A DNA stretch of 64,000 nt. Origin: Octopus sinensis (taxonomy: Eukaryota). Under the pieces are notes generated by a model. It saw only the letters and a list, made by a program, of their open reading frames with translations, ran no database searches and was not told the DNA's origin. The position numbers were made by a program, and so were the translations under genes. Location of the stretch: positions 130,262,001 to 130,326,000 of the forward strand of contig NC_043001.1 of the NCBI RefSeq assembly GCF_006345805.1, given 5' to 3'. Below are positions 25,401 to 37,660 of the stretch, piece by piece. Numbering within the stretch: position 1 is the first letter of the stretch; each line of letters begins with the position of its first letter.

Positions 25401-25460
25401 GATGGGAGGAGGGAGAGGAGGAGGAGGATATGACAATGAGAATGATGATGATGATGATGA
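21920..25460. repeat. Dense array of compound trinucleotide and tetranucleotide microsatellites (ATC, ATT, AAC, GATA/GACA, CTT, AAT)
   Basis: Directly visible; the source of the poly-I/L/Y/S/E ORFs. Confidence 0.95.
25071..25390 (+). repeat. Tandem duplication of an about 160-bp unit
   Basis: ATAGTAATGACATTCATAATATTAAAGGGTATG...AAAAGGAGAAGGAAGATATTAATGACCACGA occurs at 25071 and 25231. Confidence 0.9.
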
Positions 25461-26212
25461 TGATAAGGAAGTTGTATAACAAGGATGTTTGTAATATACA
25501 ACGAAGAAACAATATTGATCATAATGATATGATGTTGGAAATGAGGATAATGGTAAAAAATAATAACTAATATAAAGAGTTTTGAATAAATTTTTTTTTC
25601 AAGCAAGAAGAAATAAAAACAAAAAAACAAAAAACAAAAATAAAAATGTTTTGGAAAATGAAACTGGAAAGAATTGATTAGTCTATTGCCACCCAACTAG
25701 TTTTTAAAGATTGTTATTTGTTGTGTTTTATTTATTTATTTACTTAATTGTCTGTTTGATTTTATTGTCTTTTGTTTAATAATTTTTAATTATTTATTTA
25801 TTTATTTATTTAAAAAATTTTGTTATTACTTTTTTGACTGCATTTCAAATGAAGTACCAATCGAGGAACGCACTCCAATATATGACTAACCTGTCATTGG
25901 ACAACATTCTCCATCAGTCCTTCTTTGTGAGACCGATCTCCTCCACCCTTAACCAATGTTCGACCACACACCACCCCACAGCACTGTCACACCATGTCGC
26001 CACCACCCTAACCTTAACAATTTTCTCATCTTATCATACTGCCCCCTCCTCATTCTTCTACTCAACCATACATCCTATTTCGACACCTTGATTGATTACA
26101 TCCAGGCCATGAGCTGGGAAAGGAGTATCTATGCAGTTATTTACTTTACTAGAAATAGCAACCAAATTTCAACTCAATTTACACAGGTTCACTTTAAACC
26201 TTTAGTGTTTAA

Positions 26213-26433
26213 CCCTTTCGTTACAAACCCGGCCAAAACCGGCTCTGGCTCTGTAGTACAAATGTCTTGTTTTCATAAGTTTTGAATTAAAATCTTCCAC
26301 CAAACCTTAGTCACAATTTATGTTCCTAACATTAGCTTAATGACAACTAAGTTATCTTACTAAATTCTTTGTTATATTTAAAATAATTGAAAGAAATACA
26401 GAGCACCTCAAAATAAATACAGTAACGAAAGGG
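26213..26433. mobile_element. piggyBac-type MITE, family 1 (221 bp)
   Basis: TTAA at 26209-26212 and 26434-26437; perfect 12-bp TIR CCCTTTCGTTAC/GTAACGAAAGGG. Confidence 0.88.
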
Positions 26434-26689
26434 TTAAACCAATCATATCTGGCTCAAATATTCTTTGTGTTTTATGCTAAAACTGACCAGGTTCACTTTA
26501 AACTTTTAGTGTTTAAACCAATCATATCTGGCCCAAATATTCTGTGTGTTTTATGCTAAAACTGACCTTATCTTGCCTCTCATTCCTACCCTACAATGTC
26601 ATCATAAAAGCAGACATTCACATCATCAAAATTTTGAAGCTACAAAATAATGCATGGCTAATTCAAAACAATGTGAATATTAGGCTTAG

Positions 26690-27014
26690 GCTGTGTGATA
26701 AGAAATTTGCTTCCCTACCACATGGCTCAGGGTTCAGTCCTACTGCATGGAAACTTGGGCAAGAGACTTCGGCTATAGCCTCAGGCCAACAAATGCCTTG
26801 TGAGTGATAAACAGAAACTGAAAGAATCCCATTGTATATGTATATATATATCGTCCACTCTGCTGGGTGGTTGGTGTTAGGAAGGACATCCAGCCATAAA
26901 AACTCTGCCAAAACAGACACAGAAGTCTGGTGCAGGCTCCTGCGTGGCCGGCTTCTGTAGTATGGAAGGTGGACGTTAAATGATGATGATGATGATGATG
27001 ATGATGTGATGATA

Positions 27015-27050
<36 letters not shown>

Positions 27051-27285
27051 TTTCTATGTGTGTGTTGTGTGCATGTGTATATTTAGCGTTTGTCCCCTAC
27101 CACTGCTTCACAACTGGTGTTGGTGTGTAAGTCAGCAGTTCAGCAAAATTAGACCGATACTTATAGAACAAGTTGCAGGCTTGATAAAAGGAAAATAAGT
27201 TCTGTATCAATTTGATTGACTAAAATTCCTCAAGGTGGTTCCCCAGCATTGGCTGCAGCCTAATGATTGAAACAAGTAAATAATA
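26690..27285 (+). mobile_element. Family E SINE with a family A fragment (about 26858-27050) nested in its internal microsatellite
   Basis: E head at 26690-26840, A body with (GAT)n, then E resumes at GTTTGTCCCCTACCACTGCTT. Confidence 0.75.
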
Positions 27286-27433
27286 AAATGGGGAAAAAAA
27301 AAATCTAAATGCTTTGGCCAAAGAAGTATAAGTCAATTAATGTGTTTAACTGTTGAGAAGTGCACCAGCACAGTGTTGGCATGCTACAGAATTAGTCTGG
27401 GAACTTTTTGATAACATGTATGTATGTATGTAT

Positions 27434-27680
27434 GATCGACACTTTTGAGAGAGCACGCATCCAGCATGAAGAACTTAGGCGAGCTGCGCGAAAGCGCACG
27501 GCTCGTATAGTGAATGGGGAAAGCTTGGTCTGCAATGTTTGCAGTCGTGTATGCTTGTTAAGAGCAGGGCTCATTAGCCACCAACGGAGCCGCAAATGTA
27601 AAATATAAGTTAGTCCTAGAGCGCACAATGTTCCTGAAGGTCGGCAATGGTCTTCCTCGGTCACGAGTGGACAGCCATCA
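27434..27680 (+). mobile_element. 5'-truncated RTE-clade LINE 3' end with C-terminal zinc finger, embedded in (TGTA)n
   Basis: Reads IDTFERARIQHEELRRAARK...VCNVCSRVCLLRAGLISHQRS, then a short UTR; (ATGT)n on both sides. Confidence 0.75.
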
Positions 27681-27789
27681 TGTATGTATGGATGTATGTA
27701 TGTATGTATGTATGTACATAAGTACGTATGTACATACGTACATATGTATGTATTTATGTACATAAGTATGTATGTACATATGTATATGC

Positions 27790-28290
27790 AGAGGTGCATG
27801 ATTTAGTGGCTAGGGTACTGGACTCATAATTGTAAGGTTGTGATTTCGATTTCTAGACCAAGTGATGCTTTGTATTCCTGAGCAAAATATTTCATCTCGT
27901 CGCTTCAGTCTACTCAGCTGGCAAAAATGAGTAATCCTGCAATGGACTGGCATCCCATCCAGGAGAGAAATGCATGCAATAACATGAACCAGGAAATTGT
28001 CCTTATGAGTCTATATGACTCAGAAAAGATCTTTATCCTTTGTCCGTATGTGGCCAGTGCCAGTGCCACCTTGACTGGCTTCCGATCGTGGCCGTTGCCA
28101 GCCTCCCCAGGCACATAAAAAGCACCCACTAAACTCATGGAGTGGTTGGCATTAGGAAGGGCATCCAGCTGTAGAAACACTGCCAGATCAGACTGAAGCC
28201 TGGTGCAGCCTCCTGGCTTCCCCGACCCCAGTCAAACCGTCTAACCCATGCTAGCATGGAAGACGGACGTTAAATGATGATGATGATGAT
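27790..28290 (+). mobile_element. Family D SINE (27790-28020) followed by a family A fragment (28030-28290)
   Basis: GAGGTGCATGATTTAGTGGCTAGGG head; A body with (GAT)n at 28275-28290. Confidence 0.75.
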
Positions 28291-28682
28291 ATGTGTAATA
28301 TATACGTAAATGTTGAACAACAAGAATGAGTGCTCAACATTGCATTGGTGGATAGAATTTCTTTATTTGTGTATTAAGGCTACCATTGGTTTCATGTTAG
28401 GAAAAAGTATCTTAATAGCTTAACAATTTTTCAAGCCGATCACATGGAGGAATGGTGTTCAGCTCCATTTTGGATGCAAACACAAATCTCAGGAATTTGC
28501 AGAAAGTTGCATAAAGAAAAGAAATCGAAGGGTACTACTTACATCTGCATATACAAAATGCATATCTTATATATAAATATATGGACATGAGTTAAAACAA
28601 GAACAGTTATAAATGAGTGAAGAATGAATATATAATGCATGTGTTTATTGACAAAAAAATGACCAAACAGAAATACAATATA

Positions 28683-28784
28683 TATATTGTGTGTGCTCGT
28701 GTGTGTATATATCTATATATATATATATATTGTTTGTGCTCGTGTGTGTGTATATATATATATATATAATATATTGTTTGTGCT

Positions 28785-28815
<31 letters not shown>

Positions 28816-28825
28816 TGTTTGTGCT

Positions 28826-28856
<31 letters not shown>

Positions 28857-28945
28857 TGTTTGTGCTCGTGTGTGTATATATATATATATATATATGTTGT
28901 GCTCGTGTGTGTATATAATATATATATATATATATATGTTGTGCT

Positions 28946-28976
<31 letters not shown>

Positions 28977-29125
28977 TGTTTGTGCTCGTGTGTGTATATA
29001 TATATATATATATATTGTTTGTGCTCGTGTGTGTATATATATATATATATATTGTTTGTGCTCGTGTGTGTATATATATATATATATATTGTTTGTGCTC
29101 GTGTGTGTATATATATATATATATT
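28683..29125. repeat. Minisatellite: 11 copies of TTGTTTGTGCTCGTGTGTG separated by variable (TA)n
   Basis: Counted directly; units are about 36-44 bp. Confidence 0.95.
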
Positions 29126-29589
29126 CAATATATATTGAATATATATATATATATGTATATTCTATATACATTCATATATATATACGTTAAATGATGATGA
29201 TGATGATATATATTTATATTTATATTGATACTCACATATATGTGTATATATTACTCAGTTTAGTTGGTATATTTTCTCTCAAACTTTCCTTTACTCCTCA
29301 ATTTCCCAGTTCTTTCATTCTTCAACCTATTCCATCTTGTTGTCGCATTCACTCATATTGTCATTTTCTGTTGTTCTTATCACTCTATTTTTCGTCTTCT
29401 ATTTCTTCAACATCATCATTATCATCATGTTGTATTAACACTACCACTCTTATCATTTTTATTACAATTCTGTTGTTGTTGCTGATGTCTTTCTTAATGT
29501 TATTGTCATAATTCCTTTTCCTTTCTCTTGTCTTTCTCAATGCATTTTGATGCGTATATATATGCACGTGTGTATCAAATTTTGGCATA

Positions 29590-30005
29590 TATATATTTGT
29601 ATACTGAATTTTCCTATGTATATTTAGATATCAAATTTTCATATGCTTATGTTTGTATTTTAAATATTCGTATGTATATACTAATAAATTTTCCTATGGA
29701 TATATTTATATATTAAATTTTCACATTTATATATTTATATATTGAATTTTCCTATGTATATATTTATACAGTAAATTTTTATATACATATATTTATATAT
29801 CAAATTTTCACATGTATATACTAATATATTAAATTTTTATAGGTATATATTTATATATTGAATTTTCCTATGTATATATTTATATAGTAAATTTTTATAT
29901 ACATATGTTTATATATCAAATTTTCACATGTATATACTGATATATTAAATTTTTATGTGTATATATTTATATATTAAATTTTCATATGTATATATTTATA
30001 TATTA
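29590..30005. repeat. AT-rich about 29-bp minisatellite with about 116-bp higher-order repeat
   Basis: ATATTTATATATTRAATTTT.. monomers; the block at about 29730-29845 recurs at about 29846-29960. Confidence 0.8.
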
Positions 30006-30394
30006 CACAAAACAAAATGAAACTGAATCTTAAACCCCACCTCCACATATAAAAACATAAAAATAACAAAGAACAGTAATAAAAAAAGATAGGTTACATT
30101 CATCAGCTAAATTTGTTGCCATTTCTTCTTTTGTGAAGCGGAAGAACATCATATAGATATTTTTCTAAAGACCGGATATTCCTTTTGTTTCTTATTCCTT
30201 TGTTTGTTATTTTTGCTGTTGGTATTAGGTTTTTTTTTTTTGTCTTTTTATATTTCTGATCTCTTCTTTTTAATATTTTCCATTTTTGGCAGTTTGTTGT
30301 GTAACATAATTTTTCTTTACATTTTGTAGAGAATGAACAAATAGACAAAATGTGTAGATAAATATATCTAGGAAATTGCATATATATATATATA

Positions 30395-30461
<67 letters not shown>

Positions 30462-30471
30462 TATATACACT

Positions 30472-30547
<76 letters not shown>

Positions 30548-30548
30548 G

Positions 30549-30606
<58 letters not shown>

Positions 30607-30942
30607 GTTTGTGTGTGTGTATGTACATACATAAATACATATGTGTGTGTGTGTGTGTGTGGGCAAACATGTCCAAGCGTCTTTGCATGCTGTGTGTGTA
30701 TGTAAGTAGTTTGTACTGGATACCTAACTCACAGATAAAATTCTTTACATTTAAAAATACACACATATATTATAAGTGAAGTAAGAATGTGAATAAATTT
30801 GTTTCAAAATATGTGAATAATTGCATGAAAATATATACGTAATTATACACACACACACATCTGTGCTTATTTGCAAAGATGTGTGTATAAGTATGTACAT
30901 ATATGTATATATATATATATACACACACACACATATACATAT

Positions 30943-30987
<45 letters not shown>

Positions 30988-31052
30988 CATATACATATAT
31001 ACATAGATATATATACATACATATACACACACACACACATATATATATATAA

Positions 31053-31093
<41 letters not shown>

Positions 31094-31965
31094 CACAAAG
31101 ATATAATATATTCAAAATTGCATGCTTGATGTATATATATATGCATAGAGATATGAAATATAGGTTAGCATGTACATAAATAATCATACAAATACTCGCA
31201 GTATATATATATATACATATAAATATATAATGTATATAGTCATAAATTACATAGAGTACATGTATACACGTACATATGACGCACATGCATATATGTATAT
31301 ATGCATGCATGCATCCATAGTTAATAGTCAAGTATTAATTCCATAACACTTTTATTTGTTCAGCTTTGTATTAAGAAAAAAAAAATGAATACATTTAGTG
31401 AAACAATCATGAGACAATATACATACACATACATACATACATATATATACCCACACAGATGCACGTGCATATACATATATCTTTATGAGAGGCACATATA
31501 AATATTAAAAAAATGCAAAATTATTTATACCCTTGTCACAATATGTTTATGTAATACTGTTTTCTGAACACAATGCCATCAACTTTAAAAATGCATTAGA
31601 GATTTCCATGCTTCTGTGTTTATGATTGAATTCTAAAAGACATGCTATTCAGTGTAGCAATGGTGGAAATGAAAATGAAAATGGTACCAGTAGAAGAGAT
31701 GAATGGTTGGTGAGGGTAATATTTAAACAAATCCAAAATCTTTATTCCCCACAAGTAAACTATATAATTCTTAGCCTATGTAAATGGCTTCATTTTCCTA
31801 CAAAAAAAAAACCCATTATGATTGTATTTTTTTCTGTGCACATAGATAAATATGTACATATAGACATAAATGCACGCAGTCACATACACACACATATAAA
31901 CATTAACATATACACATAAATTATATAGTATTTATGTAGTATGATATATTATATATTATATATAT

Positions 31966-32262
31966 CATCATCATCGTCGTTTAACGTCCGTTCTCCATGC
32001 TAGCATGGGTTGGACGGTTCGACCGGGTTCTGGGAAGCCAGAAGGCTGCACCAGGCTCCAGTCTAATTTGGCAATGTTTCTACAGCTGGATGCCCTTCCT
32101 AACGCCAACCACTCCGTGAGTGTTAGTGGGTGCTTTTACGTGCCACCTGCACAGGTGCCAGGCGGGGCTGGCAACGGCCACGGTCAGATTGGTGTATTTT
32201 ATGTGCCACCGGCACGGAAGCCAGTCGAGGCGGTGCTGGCATCGGCCACGAGTCGGATAGTA
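31966..32262 (-). mobile_element. Family A retroposon
   Basis: (CAT)n-CGTTTAACGTCCGTTCTCCATGCTAGCATGGGTTGGACGG followed by modules. Confidence 0.9.
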
Positions 32263-32315
32263 CATGTAATATATACACTTGTACTCACACAGGCAAATAC
32301 ACACAGAAATATCTA

Positions 32316-32372
<57 letters not shown>

Positions 32373-32536
32373 AGATATACACACACACAACTATGGCTTT
32401 ATTATTTAGAATTTTGCTTCGTAACCAGTGCATTTGAGTTCTACCCCACTGTGTAATGCCTTCTGCTATGATGCTGACTTGACCAATCTTTGAATGAAAT
32501 TTAAAAGAGAGAAGCTGTACAAATGACTGGTATATA

Positions 32537-32942
32537 TCATCATCATCATCATCATCATCATTAACGTCCGCTTTCCATGCTAGCATGGGTTGGACGGTTC
32601 AACTGGGGTCTGGGGAGCCCGAAAGCTGCACCAGTCAGTCAGATCTGGCAGTGTTTCTACAGCTGGATGCCCTTCCTAACGCCAACCACTCCGAGAGTGT
32701 AGTGGGTGATTTATGTGCCACGACACAGGTGCCAGACGAGGCTGACAAACGGCCATGCTCGGATAGTGTTTTTATGTGCCACCGACACAGGTGCCAGACG
32801 AGGCTGGCAGACGGCCACGCTCGGATGGTGTTTTTTATGTGCCACCGACACAGGTGCCAGACGAGGCTGGCAGACGGCCACGCTCGGATGGTGTTTTTAT
32901 GTGCCACCGACACAGGTGCCAGACGAGGCTGGCAGACGGCCA
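32537..32942 (-). mobile_element. Family A retroposon with four tandem about 58-bp modules
   Basis: ATGTGCCACCGACACAGGTGCCAGACGAGGCTGGCAGACGGCCACGCTCGGATGGTG is repeated across 32710-32942. Confidence 0.9.
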
Positions 32943-33187
32943 CATGTATATGTGTTTGTGTGTTAATGTGTGTGTGCACGCGCTTGCATCTGTGTGTGTG
33001 GTTTTTTTATTGAGTTTTACTCCATTGTGATCTTCAGGCATTTTGCCATATCCTCTACAACACATCTTGAGCACTCCTATTTTGTTTAACATAAAGCATC
33101 TTTCTTCACGCCTCAAGATGAAAAGGCTCAGACTCTGACTTCAGATCTACTACACAGATCAACATTGAGTATAGCAAGAGATAATTA

Positions 33188-33404
33188 TGAGGAGGTGCTG
33201 AAAAGTTCCTGACTTTAAGGCTATCATGAAAGGCCTGTTTGGGGACCCAACCTTACAAGTTCTTATACAGAGCTAAGAAAAACAGAAGGACCACTGCAAT
33301 AAGTGTGTGGATCTAAGAGTGGAATATGTTGAACAAAATCTTAATTAACTGATCCTCCTGTATTTTCTTTTATCAGAAGCCAGGAACTTTTCAGTGTCCC
33401 CCCA
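33188..33404 (+). mobile_element. Internally deleted mariner (MITE-like)
   Basis: TA|TGAGGAGGTGCTGAAAAGTTCCTG...CAGGAACTTTTCAGTGTCCCCC inverted ends; an internal remnant HCNKCVDLRVEYVEQN resembles the mariner C-terminus. Confidence 0.7.
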
Positions 33405-33761
33405 GACTAGTTATAGCAGACATCAAAGTCCAATTGGCAGAGTTGTTAGAATGTTGGATAGAATGCTTTGTAGTATTTGTCTTGAATCACTGTACTCTGA
33501 GTTCACGTCTCACCTAAGTCAAATTTGTCTTTCATTGTTTTGCTTCCTTGAGAAAAAAAGTACCAACCAGGCCAACAGAATTGCAAGAGCATCAGTGGGA
33601 ACATCTTGCAGTATTTGCTCTGGTTCCGTGCATTCTGTGTTCAAATTCTACCAGGTTACCAAAAAAATGATAATGTTTCTTTCAGGAATTGTGAGTTACA
33701 GGTAGTATCAGCAATTTGAAAAAAAAAACTTCCTTAGTTTAGTTTAGACATCAACTACTAC

Positions 33762-33818
<57 letters not shown>

Positions 33819-33819
33819 C

Positions 33820-34190
33820 TTTTATCTTTTACTTGTTTCAGTCGTTTGACTGCAGTCATGCAGGGTCACCACCTTGAAGGTTTTTAGTTGAATGAATCGA
33901 CCCCTATATTTATTTTTCTTTTTAAGCCCAGCACTTGTTCTATTAGTCTCTTTTGCAGATCATGAAGTTACGGGAACATAAACAAACCAACACCGGTTGT
34001 CAAGCAGTAGTTGGGTACAAACATGAACACAAAGACACACATAAATACAAACATAAATATATGACAGATTTCTTTCAGTTTCCATGTACCAAATCCACTC
34101 ACAAGGCTTTGGTTAGCTAAAGTGCCACACTATGGGAATGAACCCAATACCATATTGTTGGGAAGAAACTTCCTACCACACAGCCATGCC
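33820..34190 (-). mobile_element. Family E SINE, diverged
   Basis: Homologous to 13864-14255. Confidence 0.8.
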
Positions 34191-34274
34191 TATGTGTCAT
34201 ATACATATACACACATACAGAACTGTTTTAGCAGTGTTATAGGCTCACGGATAAAATAGTGCATTGGCCCTATA

Positions 34275-35528
34275 CAGCGGTTGGACAAAATAATGGAAAC
34301 ACCTAGCATCATAGCATCATCATTTTTAAATATCTAAAAAACCATCAAGAGTTTGTTTATTTTTATGTTTTTTGATTTATTATTAGTGATGCTTAATATA
34401 TTTTGCTAAAATTACTATTTCTTTTTAGATATCATCAGAAAAAGGTAATTAAAATTCATTAAAATGACAGATCTATTGGACTTTCAAAGAGGTTAAATTG
34501 TTGGTGCTGATGTGGCAGGCGCTATCATAATGGAAACAGCCAAAATTTTTGGTGTATCAAGAAGTACTGTCCCAAAAGTAATGACAGCCTTTGAGAAAGA
34601 GGGAAAAAACTTCCTTGTTGAAACAAACTCTGGAAGAAAACCAAAACTTTCAGATAGGGACCGTCAGAATCTTACACGAATTGTTAGAAAGGAATGCAAA
34701 TGTACAGCTCCTAAAATTACTGCAGAGCTTAATGACCACCTCAAAGACCCAGTTTCCACAAAAACTGTTCATCAGGAGCTGCAGAAAGCCAGATTTCACT
34801 GGCTGCAATCAGAAAACCACTACTTTCAAAGAAAAAAAACATTGCAAAGCATTTAGAGTGGAGTAAAAACTTGCCGAATGTTATTTTCTCGGACGAGTCA
34901 TCCTTTACCTTATTTCCAAACACCAGCTGAGTATATGTGTGGAGATAGCCAAAAGAAGCATTTGACCCAGACTGCCTTCTTCCAACTGTTAAACATAGAG
35001 GAGGATGGATCTGTGATGATCTGGGGAACTATATCTTGGAAATCCACCGGCCCAATGGTTTCCCTTCATGGCAGAATTAATAATCAAGACTATTTAAGCA
35101 TTTTTTTCAGATCAAATTCATCTTATGGGTGCAGAACTGTTTCTGGAGGGAAACACAATCTCTCAGGATGATAATGCATCAATTCACACAGCTGAAGTTG
35201 TTACTGAATGTCATGAGGAACATTCTAGTGAAGTTGAACATCTTATCTGGCCACCACAGTCCCCCAGATCTCAATATTATTGAACATTTATGATGCATTT
35301 TAGAAAAACTAGTAAGGAGTAGGTATCCTCCACCATCATCGCTTCAATAACTGGAGACTGTTTTAGCAGAAGAATGGACAAAAATTCCTTTGGAAACAAT
35401 TGAAACTTTGTACCAGTCCAAATCTCATAGAATTCAAGCTGTAATTACTGCCAAAGGCAGTCCTGCTCCATATTAAAATAAATTTGTTTGAAATTTTAAG
35501 GTGTTTCCATTATTTTGTCCAACCCCTG
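34275..35528 (+). mobile_element. Full-length Tc1-type DNA transposon (1254 bp, 30-bp TIRs, TA TSD)
   Basis: TA|CAGCGGTTGGACAAAATAATGGAAACACCT...AGGTGTTTCCATTATTTTGTCCAACCCCTG|TA, with one TIR mismatch. Confidence 0.95.
34464..35476 (+). pseudogene. Disrupted Tc1-type transposase with DD36E spacing
   Basis: Reads MTDLLDFQRG*IVGA..., GRKPKLSDRD, VIFSDESSF, GSVMIWGTISW, QDDNASIHTA, WPPQSPDLNIIE (after removing one extra C at about 35261-35265) and AVITAKGSPAPY*; several stops and frameshifts. Confidence 0.92.
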
Positions 35529-35999
35529 TATATTTTATTGACAGCAAGTCATAGCATACACAGGTTTGAGTTAGGCCCCTAGACAAGTGAGGTCCATGAA
35601 CAACTGCCCAATTTGCTCATGCTTTAAGATATACTGCACACTTGCAAACACATGCATTAACACACACATACTTCACTGTAATTATTCACTTTGATGCACA
35701 TCTTAGAAATGTTGACAGATGTCATATAAGACAGCAATGTAGTGTTATGTATTGAGGAAGGTCATGGTTGGAGCTCCTTTCATTATAGATCTGCTTTATC
35801 AAGATTGACTTTGGGCTAAACAAAACTGACATCAACAACAAGTATAACTGATTAATCTAATTAATTTCATTGTTTTGAGAGCTAAATTTGGAACTTTAAA
35901 AATTTGATTAATTTTAGCATGTTTGCTATTGAAATATACCATTTGTTCGATATTTTAATCATTCTTTCCAGTTACTAAAACTTACTGCAATTCTCTCTT

Positions 36000-36559
36000 T
36001 GACTGTACTTACTGGTGTCTCTCTAAAACTCATAACCAACATCTCTCATAAATTCTTTACTGACATCTCACTGAATAAACCTACCAATATTTCTCTGAAG
36101 TTCCTTAATAACATCTCCATAGGCATGGTTGTGTGGTCCCAGGTTCAATCCCACTGCATGGCACCTTGGGCAAGTGTCTTCTAATAAAGCCTTGACTGGC
36201 CAAAGTCTTGTGAGTGGATTTGGTAGAAGGAAACAGAAAAGAAGCCCCTCATATTCATATATATAAGCAGAGTTGGTTCAGAAACAATTGTAACGAATCA
36301 TTTAAATAATTTCTTTGTCTTTTTGTTATATATATATATATATATGTGGGGGGGAGGGGTCCTAGATTCCCTTGTTCGAAAATATAAGGACACAGATCGT
36401 GTCATACAGCCAGCTAGAGACAATGACTCCTGGGGCTAAATTACAGTAACATTCATCCTAAACCAGGACTACCATGTTATGTTAGCAAACAATCTTTACT
36501 CCAAAGTACTGTTGCTGAATATCTCTCATTGTGCGATTTAAAAATAGTAATTTTCTAAG

Positions 36560-36594
<35 letters not shown>

Positions 36595-36762
36595 TATATA
36601 TATATATATATGTATTTAGGTGCAAACATGACTATGTGGTGAGAAGCTTGCTTCCCAACCGCATTGTTCCAGGTTCAGTCCCACTGCATGGCACCTATAG
36701 CCTCTGGCTGACCAAAGCCTTGTGAGTGGATTTGGTAGTTGAAAACTGAGAGAAGCCCATCT

Positions 36763-36857
<95 letters not shown>

Positions 36858-37660
36858 GTGTCTGTTTATCTCTGTGTTTGTCCCACCGACCATCGCTTGA
36901 CAACCAATGTTGGTGTGTTTACATCCCCATAACTTAGTGGTTTGGGAGAAGAGACTGATAGAATAAGCACCAGGCTTACAAAGAATAAGTCCAAGGGTCG
37001 ATTTCTTCAACTAAAAAGTGGTGCTCCAGCATGGCCACATTCAATAGACTGAAACAAGTAAAAGAATAAAAGAGTAAAATAATATATGCGTGTGTGTGTG
37101 TGTATGTGTCTTTGTGTCTGTGTTTGCCCCCTACACCACTTGACCGTGTTGATTCGTTCACGCTGCCGCAGCTTAACAGTTTGGCAGAAGAGACCAATAG
37201 AATAAGTACCAGGTTTTTTTTGTTTTTAAATAAGTACTGGGTTTGATTCATTCAACTAAAAATTCTTGAAGGTTGTGCTCCAGCATGACCGCAGTCTAAT
37301 GACTGATACAAGTAAAAGATAAAAGTTAAGCTTACCCCTTACATCTCTTTGAAATATGTTGCCCTTATCTCTTTCTCAGCTCTCTAACAACATCTCCCTC
37401 CAGCTCTTTAGCAACATCTTTCCCAAGCCCCCTATCAGTAGCTCTCTCCAATTCTTTTCTCAATTATTTTACCAACGTTTCTCTCTCTTTCCTCCTTTCT
37501 CCTTCTCTCTCAAGTTCCCTACTAATGTCTCTCTAAACACCCTTATGAATATCTCTCTCAAACTCCCTACCGTTATATCCATGAAACTCCCTGCAAACAT
37601 CTCTCTCAAGCTTCTTACTAACAATTCTCTTTAACTCTCTTCTGACATCTCTATCCCCCT
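36000..37660. repeat. Degenerate CT-rich about 25-30-bp repeat (36000-36120 and 37340-37660) split by inserted family E SINEs
   Basis: AACATCTCTCTCAAACTCCCT-like units on both sides; E copies at about 36120-36250, 36620-37080 and 37090-37325 (+). Confidence 0.55.

Noticed and set aside
21886-25696. Poly-I/L/Y/S/E/N ORFs, including acidic-looking 24090-24491 and 25038-25433
   Set aside because: Trinucleotide microsatellites are open in several frames on both strands; no evidence of coding.
28683-29125. CRISPR-like repeat/spacer appearance
   Set aside because: The spacers are only (TA)n, in a eukaryotic context with no cas genes.
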